From IMG/VR virus record IMGVR_UViG_3300033068_001745, positions 17,988 to 81,987 of that record: 64,000 bases of DNA, one strand, 5' to 3'. The notes under the pieces were generated by a model, which was given only the letters and a program-made list of their open reading frames with translations, was not told where the DNA came from and ran no database searches. Numbering within the stretch: position 1 is the first letter of the stretch; each line of letters starts with the position of its first letter. The stretch comes from a virus (Duplodnaviria > Caudoviricetes). The translations under genes were made by a program, and so were the position numbers. Below are positions 19,632 through 30,354 of this stretch, in pieces.

Positions 19632-20437
19632 AACCTATTAGCTACGTTTATAGCTATATAAATATACCACAGAACGAGTGGAATGATTTAAATGTTGATA
19701 TATGGCTTTATAATGCAATGAAGTCTTTGAAAATATGTCTAAAGCAACAAAATACAAAACTTGTAACCATTGAAAATCATAAAGCATGTTTTTGTGATGA
19801 ATATGAAACAATACAAGCTGTTGTACTAAGAGAAGATGTCAAAAGTGTGGAAGAACTAAAAGACTTTCCTGTTGTTGATGGGAGTTATATAGTTCCTGCT
19901 GCTGATTACCCGATTGTACAGCAAACCTTAAATGACCAAATCTATGCCATATATCCACTATTACCTTACTACTTTCCTAATAATGACCAGAGGGTAAATG
20001 ACATTTGGTATTGGGCAAAACCTCGTAAAGTAATTTTTGAAAAGCAATGTGAACATTGTCCTACCTATTGTAATGATTGTGAATATGTTTATGACCTTAG
20101 TTTAGATGGTTGTCTATATTTTCCACAAGTAGAAAAAGGGGTTACTTGTATAAATTATCTTACCTATCCAAAACTTGAAGAGTACATGATAGATGATAAT
20201 AATCAAGCACTTATAGATGCTTTAGCTTCTTATGTGATGAAAAACTATTATGAAATTAAATTACAAATGGATTTTACTCAAGCCAATAAATATTTGTATG
20301 AAACTTATAATGAAAAATGGATTGTATTTAAAAAACATGCTCAAGTATCAGACATGTTGTTAAGTTTAGACATTAACAAAATAGCAAATATAATGAATAA
20401 CAAAATGAGTAAAATGCTACGAACTATTAAAAGATGA
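19628..20437 (+). CDS. Tail tubular protein (P22 gp4-like)
   Basis: Position between IHF-like gene and stabilisation protein; C-terminal DALASYVMK..W...K. Confidence 0.55.
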   Translation: MKPISYVYSYINIPQNEWNDLNVDIWLYNAMKSLKICLKQQNTKLVTIENHKACFCDEYETIQAVVLREDVKSVEELKDFPVVDGSYIVPAADYPIVQQTLNDQIYAIYPLLPYYFPNNDQRVNDIWYWAKPRKVIFEKQCEHCPTYCNDCEYVYDLSLDGCLYFPQVEKGVTCINYLTYPKLEEYMIDDNNQALIDALASYVMKNYYEIKLQMDFTQANKYLYETYNEKWIVFKKHAQVSDMLLSLDINKIANIMNNKMSKMLRTIKR

Positions 20438-23400
20438 GATTATATAACCAAAAGAAAATAAGTCCTGATAACACTTATCTTTATGCTTTAAATATGGTTA
20501 ATAAAAGTGAAGGAGCTGAGGATGAATTACAAGATGAAGCAGGTAATGTGGAATGTATAGACATACCAAATGGTTATAAAGTGTTGGGAACAGTTGAAAC
20601 TCCCAAAAAGAAAACTTTTCTGTTCTTGCAAGGGAGTACCTTTAAAATTTGGCAAGTTGTTCAATGTAAGCATGTAGAAATATTAGATACAACTGATTTT
20701 ACTTATTCTTTACCTATAAAAGGAGAATATAGAATAATTAATGAAAATCAAGAACTTTTGTATTTCTATGATGGGAGTTCTCCTGACAGATATTTTAATA
20801 TTTCTCACCCTGAATATCATACTTATGCTGATAGCTTTTTATTAAAACCTAATTTTCAAACCCCTACAATCAGACTTGTAGATTTGGTTGAATCTGGAGG
20901 TAATTTACCTTCTTCTGCATATTCAATAAAAGCTCGTTATGTTGACAACATAGGTAATGTAACAGATTGGTTTTCAGAAACTCTCCCATATCCTATATCA
21001 TCTTTAGGGAGTTTCAATAGTCCTATTACTGTAGAAGGAGTGGATTTAAACACACCTACAACAAAAGCTCTTGTATATAAAATGTGGAACTTGGATACAA
21101 ATTATCCATTTGTAGAAATAGCTGTAAATAAATATACAGATGAAAACACTGTACAAAGTTTTTCTTACGGGAAATTTAAAACAGCAGATGACTTTCAAGT
21201 AAGCATAACTTCCATTAACAATTTATCTCTTATTCCTTATGAAACTACCACTGTAAGCACCACTAAATATGAAAGTAGTGGTGTAATGTTGCAAAGTGAT
21301 AATAGACTTCTTAGAGGAAATTTAAAAGAGAAAAACATAGATTGGGGTAAGTTTCAACAAAAAGCCAATGACATTGAGGTAAATTATGTAATAGGAGAGC
21401 CTATTTATGATATGGCTTCTTACTTTGAAACAGACCCTGTTATGACAAATGGCACTGTAAATTATAATGGAGGAAATAAAAGTGGGTATGCTTATACAAA
21501 TAAATCTTTAATGAGAGATGAAGTTTATGCTGTTGGTATTGTGTGGATATTTTCAGATGGTTCTGAAAGTCCTGTTTTTCATATTCCAGGTAGGAAGAAA
21601 AATAAATATGCTAATGGTTCAGATGCTCCTATTATAGAACCAAATACTCACAATAGAATAGCCCCAACTTCTGATTGGGACACTTCAGTATATACATGTT
21701 CAAGTTATTCAGATGCAGATGTTTATGCAAATTCTACTACAACAGCAACTAATTTTGAAAGGTGGCAAGTATATAACACTGCTTGGTATGATGACCCTGG
21801 AGTTACAGATAGAGAACTTGCTTATTATGAATGTAGAGATTCAAGCAATGACCCTATCAATTATCCCGATGATTTAGATTGTGATGGAAATAGAATATAT
21901 CCTGAAGGAGCTATAAGACATTGTAAAACTCCTGACACTACTTTAGAGAAACATTACGGATTCAACGGATTTGTCTATTACACCAATCCTTTATACTTTA
22001 GTTTTAATAATATCATTGCTCCTATAGGTTATGATGTAATAGCTTATAAAATTGTTATTGGGGATAGAACAAATGACAAAACAGTTGTGGATAAAGGTAT
22101 TTTATCCACTATTTTGCAACAGCAATATCAACAAAATTTGGTTAATGCAGTGACTCCTGGTAATAAAGATATAAAAGACCAATTTTTTCAAAGTATGCAA
22201 TTTAGTCACGATAATCAAACCCCTAAAAGTTATAGTTTACAAACTACTAAAAGATGGAATGCAACTGGTGGAGACCAAGCATTCATAGCAATGCCAGCTT
22301 GTAGTGATGTAGTAGCTTATCAGCAAGAAAATTGTGAAGAATTATCTAATTTTCCTACAAGAACAGCTTTACCTTTAGTTGGGTATCATTCTCCTCTTAC
22401 AAAACTTAAAGGTAGTGAAGTAAATGGTAGTCATGTAAAGTGGGAAAGAGAAATTTATACTTCACTTACAGAAGGGGTAGCACCTTATAACACTGTTTGT
22501 AATGAACATTTTTATGTATTGAATAACCGCAAGAAATATAAAAACAGAGAAACTAAAAATGTTCTTACTACAAATGTGTATTATCGGTTTGAAAATACAT
22601 ATATTCCTTTTAATACTTTAACAAATAGAATTATAACAAATGCTACTTACATAGATGCTGATAGTACTTACAATGGGGAAACTCAAATTGAGACAGCTAA
22701 TGTTCCTGCATTTGATGCAAGTTTCAATAATAAAACTCAACAAGAAGTTACTGTTTTACAAGTAGAAGGTAGTAAGGATTCCCCAATAAGTCTTTATAGA
22801 GCTGACGAAGATGGTTTATTTACCATATTTTCTGATGGTACAGATAAAGCTCAATGGACTACGCCTGGAACATATACTCATGCTATAAGATTTACTACTT
22901 TACCTGGTATTCCTGATATATGGACTAATGGAGGATGGATGAGTCATAATTATGTAGCTATAAAAAGATATAAATCAGATTGTTACAGAGACCTTACAAA
23001 AATAAAATATGTGGATTATAGCAACATTGTTTGGCAAAATGATGAAGATGTATTAACCCCTGCATGTTTAGTGGCAGCAGGAGATATATTTATATGTAGG
23101 TTTGCCTTCAGACAAACATTTTATGGGTATGTTCCTCATGCAGGAAACTATAGTGGTATAAACTTGTTTAGACAAGATGGTGGTTCCACTGGAGGAAAAG
23201 ATTTATATTCACAAACATGTGATGCTGTGAATACTGAAGTAAATGCAATATTTGAATCTAAAATCATTGACACCTACTATGAAAGTGAAGTAAACATAGA
23301 ATGGAGAGAACATAATGATGATATTTGGAATAACACTTATTTCAAAGATGATGATGCTGCTAAAAAGAGTGAACAATATGATGCTCCCAATGCAGTAGTG

Positions 23401-25011
23401 AGACCTAATTTATTCTTTCCAAAATATTACGGAAATAAAGGAAGAAGTTATTTAACTTTAGAGCTTGATAGTAATGCTATTAGCAGATTAACAGACCAAG
23501 GGGTTTGGAAATTTTACGAGCTTTTTAAAAACTACTATAAACTGAATGATGTTTATAGTGTTAAGTTTCCTAATTACAGGCTTTATCCTCTTGAAGAATT
23601 TAGGTGTGATGTGAATTTATTTCCAAATAGATTAATTTGGTCTGAAAAAGCCAACAATGAAGAAAAAAAAGATACCTACAGAAAATTCTTAGCAAACAAT
23701 TATAAAGATATTGAGGGTAACACTTCTAACATCACTGATGTTTTTGAAAAGAAAGGAGCTATTTATGTTCACACTAATGAGAGTCTTTATAGTTTACCAA
23801 GAACAAGTGAACAAATACAAACAAGTGGGTTGTCCGCTACAATAGGAACAGGAGAATATTTATCTTTACCTCCAATGCAACTTGTAAACAGCACTTATAA
23901 TTATGCAGGTCAGCAAGGTAGATTTAATAGAATAAATACAGAATATGGAGTTTTCTTTTGTAATCAGGAACAAGGAGTTATTTATAATTTTGGAGAAACT
24001 CTTCAAACTATTAGTGATGATTTACAACTATGGTTTTACAACAATTTACCAAGTGAATTGAATGAATTGTTTAGAAAGAATTTTGATGTAAATTATCCTT
24101 TGTTGGACAACATCATTGATGGTGTAGGAATCCAAAGTACAATAGACTATAACTTAGATAGATGGATACTACATAAAAGAGATTATTTACCTATTAAACC
24201 TTTGGAAATTTATGACCCTCTTGGTGTATCTGACCCTCAAGTACTCTATTTTGCTTATGAAATTACTATAGATGGTAAAGACTACACTAATGTATTTGTT
24301 TCATATAATGATGAAGTATATACAATACATCCTTTTACTTCAGATATATTTGAAAATAAATCATGGACACTTTCTTATGATATGAGTAAGAAAAGTTGGA
24401 TTTCTTATCACACTTATCAGCCTAATTGGATGTATCAAGATGGTAGTACGTTTTACACTTTAGATGAAGATATTTGGAAACATGATGGTGGGTTACAAAG
24501 AACTTTTTACGGAAACACTTATGATGCGAGAATTGAATGGCAAATTAGTAAACAAAGAGAAATAATAGATAGTATTCAATATATAATGAACGTTGAGGTT
24601 TATGATAATGTCACTAAAAGATGGATAGAAGCCTACGGAGATTTCTCAAAAGGATTTATATACAATACTTATCAAAGTACACTGATGTTCGATATTCAAA
24701 GTGATATAAACTACACTTGGTCAGATTTAGTGAAAAATGTTAGCACAAGAGAAAGAGTTAGGAGAATAAATGGGTTTAGACAACTTAACACTACAAGCTC
24801 AGTACTTGATTCAAGTTGGACTGCTTTAAATGCTGATTATCAAGGATATGAACCCTACACTGCTTATAATGAAACCTATGTACAAAACTATTCAACTATG
24901 TACCCTTTAAGAGATATTTATACAAATGCCAGAATGTATTTTCAAAAGGATAATATCTACAGAATGAGATGGCAAACATCTAATACTCAGACAACTAAAT
25001 CAGATATATGA
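20434..25011 (+). CDS. Tail stabilisation/muzzle protein (P22 gp10-like), 1525 aa
   Basis: Motifs SLMRDEVYAVGI.WIF.DG.ESPVFHIPGR, R.I.S....E.KD..R.FLANNY.D, WTLSYD..K.W.SYH typical of crAss stabilisation proteins. Confidence 0.75.
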   Translation: MRLYNQKKISPDNTYLYALNMVNKSEGAEDELQDEAGNVECIDIPNGYKVLGTVETPKKKTFLFLQGSTFKIWQVVQCKHVEILDTTDFTYSLPIKGEYRIINENQELLYFYDGSSPDRYFNISHPEYHTYADSFLLKPNFQTPTIRLVDLVESGGNLPSSAYSIKARYVDNIGNVTDWFSETLPYPISSLGSFNSPITVEGVDLNTPTTKALVYKMWNLDTNYPFVEIAVNKYTDENTVQSFSYGKFKTADDFQVSITSINNLSLIPYETTTVSTTKYESSGVMLQSDNRLLRGNLKEKNIDWGKFQQKANDIEVNYVIGEPIYDMASYFETDPVMTNGTVNYNGGNKSGYAYTNKSLMRDEVYAVGIVWIFSDGSESPVFHIPGRKKNKYANGSDAPIIEPNTHNRIAPTSDWDTSVYTCSSYSDADVYANSTTTATNFERWQVYNTAWYDDPGVTDRELAYYECRDSSNDPINYPDDLDCDGNRIYPEGAIRHCKTPDTTLEKHYGFNGFVYYTNPLYFSFNNIIAPIGYDVIAYKIVIGDRTNDKTVVDKGILSTILQQQYQQNLVNAVTPGNKDIKDQFFQSMQFSHDNQTPKSYSLQTTKRWNATGGDQAFIAMPACSDVVAYQQENCEELSNFPTRTALPLVGYHSPLTKLKGSEVNGSHVKWEREIYTSLTEGVAPYNTVCNEHFYVLNNRKKYKNRETKNVLTTNVYYRFENTYIPFNTLTNRIITNATYIDADSTYNGETQIETANVPAFDASFNNKTQQEVTVLQVEGSKDSPISLYRADEDGLFTIFSDGTDKAQWTTPGTYTHAIRFTTLPGIPDIWTNGGWMSHNYVAIKRYKSDCYRDLTKIKYVDYSNIVWQNDEDVLTPACLVAAGDIFICRFAFRQTFYGYVPHAGNYSGINLFRQDGGSTGGKDLYSQTCDAVNTEVNAIFESKIIDTYYESEVNIEWREHNDDIWNNTYFKDDDAAKKSEQYDAPNAVVRPNLFFPKYYGNKGRSYLTLELDSNAISRLTDQGVWKFYELFKNYYKLNDVYSVKFPNYRLYPLEEFRCDVNLFPNRLIWSEKANNEEKKDTYRKFLANNYKDIEGNTSNITDVFEKKGAIYVHTNESLYSLPRTSEQIQTSGLSATIGTGEYLSLPPMQLVNSTYNYAGQQGRFNRINTEYGVFFCNQEQGVIYNFGETLQTISDDLQLWFYNNLPSELNELFRKNFDVNYPLLDNIIDGVGIQSTIDYNLDRWILHKRDYLPIKPLEIYDPLGVSDPQVLYFAYEITIDGKDYTNVFVSYNDEVYTIHPFTSDIFENKSWTLSYDMSKKSWISYHTYQPNWMYQDGSTFYTLDEDIWKHDGGLQRTFYGNTYDARIEWQISKQREIIDSIQYIMNVEVYDNVTKRWIEAYGDFSKGFIYNTYQSTLMFDIQSDINYTWSDLVKNVSTRERVRRINGFRQLNTTSSVLDSSWTALNADYQGYEPYTAYNETYVQNYSTMYPLRDIYTNARMYFQKDNIYRMRWQTSNTQTTKSDI

Positions 25012-27878
25012 ACTTAGGGCAGATATTAAAAAAATATCAACTTGGAGGTAATTTACCAGATACTTCAAGAGGAAGCATGGTTATTTCCCCAGAGCAAGCT
25101 ATAGCTCTTGCCAAACAAAGAGGGTTTGGACAACTCTCTCAAAAAGACCAAATTAGAATAGGTAATAATATTTATGCTAATGAACTTGCTAAAAAACAAA
25201 GAGATGAATCTCAACAAAGAGATATTGTCGAACTTACTCCAAAAGATAAACCTAAATTTGATTATGGAAATGTACAAACTGATGATTATGGAGATAAAAA
25301 TGAGGTAAACCCTTTTGATTATCCTTCTAAGAAAACAGAGTCTAAAAGAGTTTACAAAGATGTAATTTTAGATGGGCAAAGAGTTAAAAAATGGGTAGGA
25401 GAAGATGGGAAATTATATGATTCAGAAAATGGTGTTGTATTACCAAAACCTATTGAAATACAGGGAGATAAGTATGAAAGACCTTTAAAATATAAATATA
25501 AAGGTATTGAGTATCAGAAAATAGATAACCAGTGGATGTGGAAATCTAATAAAACAGGAGCTTTACATATTGCTAAAAATTTCAATGACGATTTTATAGC
25601 AAGGAATAAGCTATCTCCATTAGGACAGGATAATGTAAGTAATTCTAACAATGCCGATGAATTATATTATAGAGTAATTAATAATCCAGAAGACATGAAA
25701 GCTTTTTCTTATGCTACTAAACATAGCCCCAATGATGAAACTATCAAACAAGTTTCTGAAATGTTAAAAACTCAAGGAATAGAAATACCAAAGATTAAAT
25801 CTCAAAAGCAACCTAAGCAAAGTTCTCCTAAAAAAACATACTCCCAACCTAACATTTCTGTTAGTGGAAATAATACTATATGGGATGATGGTAAAGTAAT
25901 TAGTGCTCCAAGATTAGAAAGACTTTCTGGTACATTAACGGAGGAAGAAAACCCTGATTTGAATGACTACACTGTAAAAATAATCAACAAATATATGGTT
26001 AGTCCAAATGATAGTGAAAGAGAAGCTGCTAATTTCATTCTTGGAAATCTTAATAGACATTATGATTTAAATGCAGCTACTAATTGGAAGGGTATAATCA
26101 CAGACCATAATCTTCAAAAAGCTATTAATCAAATACACACAGAAGTTTTAAATGAAAGAAGTAAAACTGAGCCGTATAGAACAAGGTCTAAAAATAATCA
26201 AAATTGGTCAGAATCCGCTGCAAGCATACTAAAAAACTATAGCTTCGGAGGAGACCTTGGTAAATTTGCTTTGAACAACTTAGAGCAAAGTGCTTTAGGT
26301 ATGCTGGGTTTAGATTTTTATAAACCTAAATTTGAATATGATACAATGGGTAAAATAAATGAGGTAACTCAAGGAGTTGGTAAAGCTGTAAATAGTTTAG
26401 CTCCTGCTGCTTTAAATATGGTTCTTCCAGGTTCAGGAGCAGTTCTTGGTGCAGTCCAAGGAGTAGGAAAACAAATTTCTAAATTTCAACAAGGTGGTAT
26501 TATGCCTCAAAATCCAAGTGACTTAGAAGATGTTACAGAGAATACAGTGGAGTACAATGGAAATCCTCATACTAAAGGAGGTATTCCTTTAGGTAATGGG
26601 AAAGAACTTGAAAAAGATGAAACTGTTATTAAACAAGGTGCTATTGGAAATAAAGACCCTTATGCTATTTCTCCTAACTTAGTACTTGACAGGAAAACAG
26701 CTAAAATGGTAGGCTTATCAGCTAAATATGTAGGAATGAAACTTTCTGACATATCAAGAAAAATTGAAGATATGAAACCACAAAAAGAAAATGACCCAAT
26801 GAGTGTAAAGACAAATAGTATGAATAAGAAATTTGCTTTAAATAGACTTATTAAGGCTAATGAACTTCTTTCTGCTCAACATAGACAAGAAAATCCAATA
26901 CCTCAAGAGATGAGTGATTTACGTATGGAAGAAATGCAAAAAGGTGGTTCTTTAGGTCAAGGTTTTATGGAATGGGCTGCCAGTAAAGGTTTAGAGCCAG
27001 ATGAACAAAATTGGTATGAGTATAGTAAATTTGTTAATAACCCTATATTTGAAATAAAATCTATATCTCCTTCATTAAAGTTACCTATGAATACAAGTTT
27101 ACCTACTCAAACAGCTTTACCTGAACAATATATAAACCCTGGAAAATCAAGAAACTTTAACATAAATGACAATCTTGATAAAATAGGTATGGGGCTTAAG
27201 GGAGCTTCATTACTTGCTAATTTTGCTACCATTGGAAAAAAACCTGGGCAAATTCCTGCACAATTCAATCCTTATGCAACTGAAATATTAGACAATTATC
27301 GTAATAGCATTGATAATCAAGCTATTAAGAATGATATTACTTCTACTTTGAATACAGGGCTTAACTCAAATCCTTCCAGAAGTTGGAATATACAAAGGGC
27401 TACTAATGCTGAATTGACAGGAAAAGCTATGGAAGCTATGAGTAAAGCTAATTTACAAAATCAAGAATTAAATAATCGTTATAGAACAGAATTAGGCGAT
27501 GTCCAAAATCAATTAGGTTCTCAAAATGTACAAGCTAAGAATATGGCAGAAATTTTAAATGCTCAAACAGAAGCAAATTGGAGGAAAAATCTTAGAAATG
27601 CTATTGGGAGTGTAGGGAATGATGTTGCTGATATGGCTTTAAAGAAAGATTATTTGAACAAGTACACTGCGGAACACATGAAAATCTTAAATGAAAAAGG
27701 CAAAGATTATGGAATCTCCTTTACAACCACTGAGGATTATCTAAAAATAATTACTAATCCAGAAGCAGCATTGATACTTGGAAAAATTCAGAATAAAACT
27801 GCTACTCCAGAAGAAATTCAAAAATTGAAAGATATTCAAGCAGGAAAAGCAGTTGACTACACCACTAAAAAACAATGA
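25008..27878 (+). CDS. Ejection/cargo protein 1, 956 aa
   Basis: Low-complexity Q/N/K-rich; YNGNPHTKGGIPLG..ELEKDE motif and four xxGG motifs; first gene of the cargo block. Confidence 0.6.
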   Translation: MNLGQILKKYQLGGNLPDTSRGSMVISPEQAIALAKQRGFGQLSQKDQIRIGNNIYANELAKKQRDESQQRDIVELTPKDKPKFDYGNVQTDDYGDKNEVNPFDYPSKKTESKRVYKDVILDGQRVKKWVGEDGKLYDSENGVVLPKPIEIQGDKYERPLKYKYKGIEYQKIDNQWMWKSNKTGALHIAKNFNDDFIARNKLSPLGQDNVSNSNNADELYYRVINNPEDMKAFSYATKHSPNDETIKQVSEMLKTQGIEIPKIKSQKQPKQSSPKKTYSQPNISVSGNNTIWDDGKVISAPRLERLSGTLTEEENPDLNDYTVKIINKYMVSPNDSEREAANFILGNLNRHYDLNAATNWKGIITDHNLQKAINQIHTEVLNERSKTEPYRTRSKNNQNWSESAASILKNYSFGGDLGKFALNNLEQSALGMLGLDFYKPKFEYDTMGKINEVTQGVGKAVNSLAPAALNMVLPGSGAVLGAVQGVGKQISKFQQGGIMPQNPSDLEDVTENTVEYNGNPHTKGGIPLGNGKELEKDETVIKQGAIGNKDPYAISPNLVLDRKTAKMVGLSAKYVGMKLSDISRKIEDMKPQKENDPMSVKTNSMNKKFALNRLIKANELLSAQHRQENPIPQEMSDLRMEEMQKGGSLGQGFMEWAASKGLEPDEQNWYEYSKFVNNPIFEIKSISPSLKLPMNTSLPTQTALPEQYINPGKSRNFNINDNLDKIGMGLKGASLLANFATIGKKPGQIPAQFNPYATEILDNYRNSIDNQAIKNDITSTLNTGLNSNPSRSWNIQRATNAELTGKAMEAMSKANLQNQELNNRYRTELGDVQNQLGSQNVQAKNMAEILNAQTEANWRKNLRNAIGSVGNDVADMALKKDYLNKYTAEHMKILNEKGKDYGISFTTTEDYLKIITNPEAALILGKIQNKTATPEEIQKLKDIQAGKAVDYTTKKQ

Positions 27879-30352
27879 ATAGATTTGATACATACGTACC
27901 TATAAAGTTTGATGTACCTATGTTTACTCCTGATTTTGCTGCATTGGAGGCTCTTCAAACACAAAAGCAAAAAACTCTTGATGATTTTAGAAATCAAGCA
28001 GATTTAATTGCAAGTAGTATTAAAGATGACCCTTATGACCCAACAGTTAAGGAGAAGAAAATAAAAGATATTATGGCAAGTAAAGATGCTATTGTTAATG
28101 AAATGTTAAGGAATCCCTCAAAAGGGAATTCCTTACTTTCGCAATATCAAAACACCTTAAAAAATGACATACTATTCGGAGACATAAGTAAAGTAAATGC
28201 AAGAGCTTTGGATTATGAACAAAAAATAGCTGATTTGAAAACTCAACCCTTATGGAATGACCCTGTTTGGAGAAAAGGAGCTTTAGAAGAAATTAAAAAT
28301 TCTTATGGAGATTTTCAAACAGAACAAGGATTTGGTAAAACAAAAGGAGATGATTTTGCTCATAGTTATTTAACTCAAGAAGAAATTGATAAAAGATTAA
28401 ACTCCACCATTAATAATGTAATGGCTGAAAAATATGCCACCCAATTAGAGTTAGACCCAACTCTTTCCACAAGAGAAAGTTATACGGTTTGGTTGAAAAG
28501 AGAACTTGGAGAAAAGAAAACTTATGATAAACTTATGGAGGCAGCTTTACCTCAAGTATTATCTGACCCTCAGTTAAGAGATTATTTTGAAACTACAGGT
28601 AAATTTCAAGGACTTGAGGGACAAGGTACAATTAAACTTACAAGAGATGAAAATGGAAATATTATAATTGACCCTTCAACATTAATAGGTCAAAAATTAC
28701 ATGGTGTACTAAACGAAAATGTTTATGACAATCATTTACCAGAATATCATCAAAATAAAAATGATAAATTAGCTGCTGAAGATGCTTTCAAAAGACAGCA
28801 AACTCTACAAAAAGAAGAGATAGCTGCTCGTGCTGCTGAAGCTGCAAGAAATAGAGCTTTTGAAGAAAGAAAACTTAAATATACTTTGGCAATGAAATTA
28901 TATGAAGATGAGCAAAAGCAAGGTACAATTCCTACATTTTCAACAATGCCTTTAACTCAAGGTAAAACAACTATTGATATGAAAGTACTTAAAGACCAAC
29001 TTGAAAAAGTAAACTCAGAATTGGCTTCAAAAGTAATAGACCCTCAGAGAAGACAATATCTTGAAGGAATTAGAGATAGTAAAGAAAAGGAACTTAATGA
29101 ATTTTTAGGACAAAGTACAAATGCCAAAAAGGTATTAGAAGACCCTGTGTTTCAAAATGCTGACTGGAAAGGTACTACTATGGTAAGTTCAATTTGGGAG
29201 GATAACGTTAATCATTGGAAAAGTGTTAAAGAGGAGTTCGATAAAGGTAATAATTGGACAGGGGTTGGAAAATCAGCTCTTGGTGTCTTAAGAGCAACTG
29301 GTTCAATACCATTATCAGTGGTTGGTGCAATTGTAGATTATACTACAACGTTGGTAAATATAAATGATTATTCAGTTGAGGATATTGAAAAAGGGAGAAT
29401 ATTAGCTGACCCGATTCCTAATTATGGAGAAAATGTAGTTGTTTCTGCTATTGCAGGAAAATCTTGGCAAGAATTTTTAGAAACTCCTACTGGAAAAGAG
29501 CTTAAAAGACAAAGTAAAAGTGAATATTTTGGTATATTAAATTCTGCTGAAAAACAATATGAAGCAGCTCAACAAATGGTAAATAGTGGGTTAATGCAAA
29601 TGGAAATAGCCAATATACCTGTTGAAGCAATGACAATTCCAGACACTAAAACAAAAGGGGATTTTGGAGATAGATTTCAAACAGCAAGTAAAAATGCTTT
29701 ATCTTTTGGAGAATATAGAGAAAATGGAATTCCGTTAGTTAAAAGAATAGCAATTGATACAGGTTGGGATGAAAAAGAAGTAGATATTGATTACTCTACA
29801 TTAACAGCAGGTCTCATACCAAATGACCCAAGTCACCAAGGTATTACTTTTAAATATAGTAAAAAGGGGGATAAAAACTCACCTCCTTTAACTTATACAG
29901 GAAAGGTAGAAGTAGTAAATGCACAAGGTAATTCTACTTTTAGCGAAGGTCAGTCTTGGCTTATGCAAAGTGCTAAGATGAACAACCCTATTATTTTAGA
30001 TGCAATGGCAGATGTTTCAGTTGCTCAAAATATGTCAGGAGAAGTTTTAAAACTTGAAAATATGCCAGATGGGAGTTCTGATAGTAAAGGTTTTATCCCT
30101 TTAAATATGCAAGACCCTACTTTTTATGTAGAATCAGGTTTTAATATTAAGAAAGCTAATGGAGAATATTTAATATTTAATGATAATGAATTTACAGGTC
30201 AAAAAGGAACTAACCCTTCTGATGTTTTAAATATGTTAGAACAAATTAGACTTACAAAAAGAAATGGGTTCTCCACTGAAACTTTAACCCCTCAACAAAG
30301 ATGGGATGAAATGTTAAAAAAAGCAGAAAAATTTTATGCAAAAACTAAGTAA
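27875..30352 (+). CDS. Ejection/cargo protein 2, 825 aa
   Basis: MNRFDTY...FTPDF N-terminus and helical composition; directly upstream of the vRNAP. Confidence 0.55.
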   Translation: MNRFDTYVPIKFDVPMFTPDFAALEALQTQKQKTLDDFRNQADLIASSIKDDPYDPTVKEKKIKDIMASKDAIVNEMLRNPSKGNSLLSQYQNTLKNDILFGDISKVNARALDYEQKIADLKTQPLWNDPVWRKGALEEIKNSYGDFQTEQGFGKTKGDDFAHSYLTQEEIDKRLNSTINNVMAEKYATQLELDPTLSTRESYTVWLKRELGEKKTYDKLMEAALPQVLSDPQLRDYFETTGKFQGLEGQGTIKLTRDENGNIIIDPSTLIGQKLHGVLNENVYDNHLPEYHQNKNDKLAAEDAFKRQQTLQKEEIAARAAEAARNRAFEERKLKYTLAMKLYEDEQKQGTIPTFSTMPLTQGKTTIDMKVLKDQLEKVNSELASKVIDPQRRQYLEGIRDSKEKELNEFLGQSTNAKKVLEDPVFQNADWKGTTMVSSIWEDNVNHWKSVKEEFDKGNNWTGVGKSALGVLRATGSIPLSVVGAIVDYTTTLVNINDYSVEDIEKGRILADPIPNYGENVVVSAIAGKSWQEFLETPTGKELKRQSKSEYFGILNSAEKQYEAAQQMVNSGLMQMEIANIPVEAMTIPDTKTKGDFGDRFQTASKNALSFGEYRENGIPLVKRIAIDTGWDEKEVDIDYSTLTAGLIPNDPSHQGITFKYSKKGDKNSPPLTYTGKVEVVNAQGNSTFSEGQSWLMQSAKMNNPIILDAMADVSVAQNMSGEVLKLENMPDGSSDSKGFIPLNMQDPTFYVESGFNIKKANGEYLIFNDNEFTGQKGTNPSDVLNMLEQIRLTKRNGFSTETLTPQQRWDEMLKKAEKFYAKTK

Positions 30353-30354
30353 TA

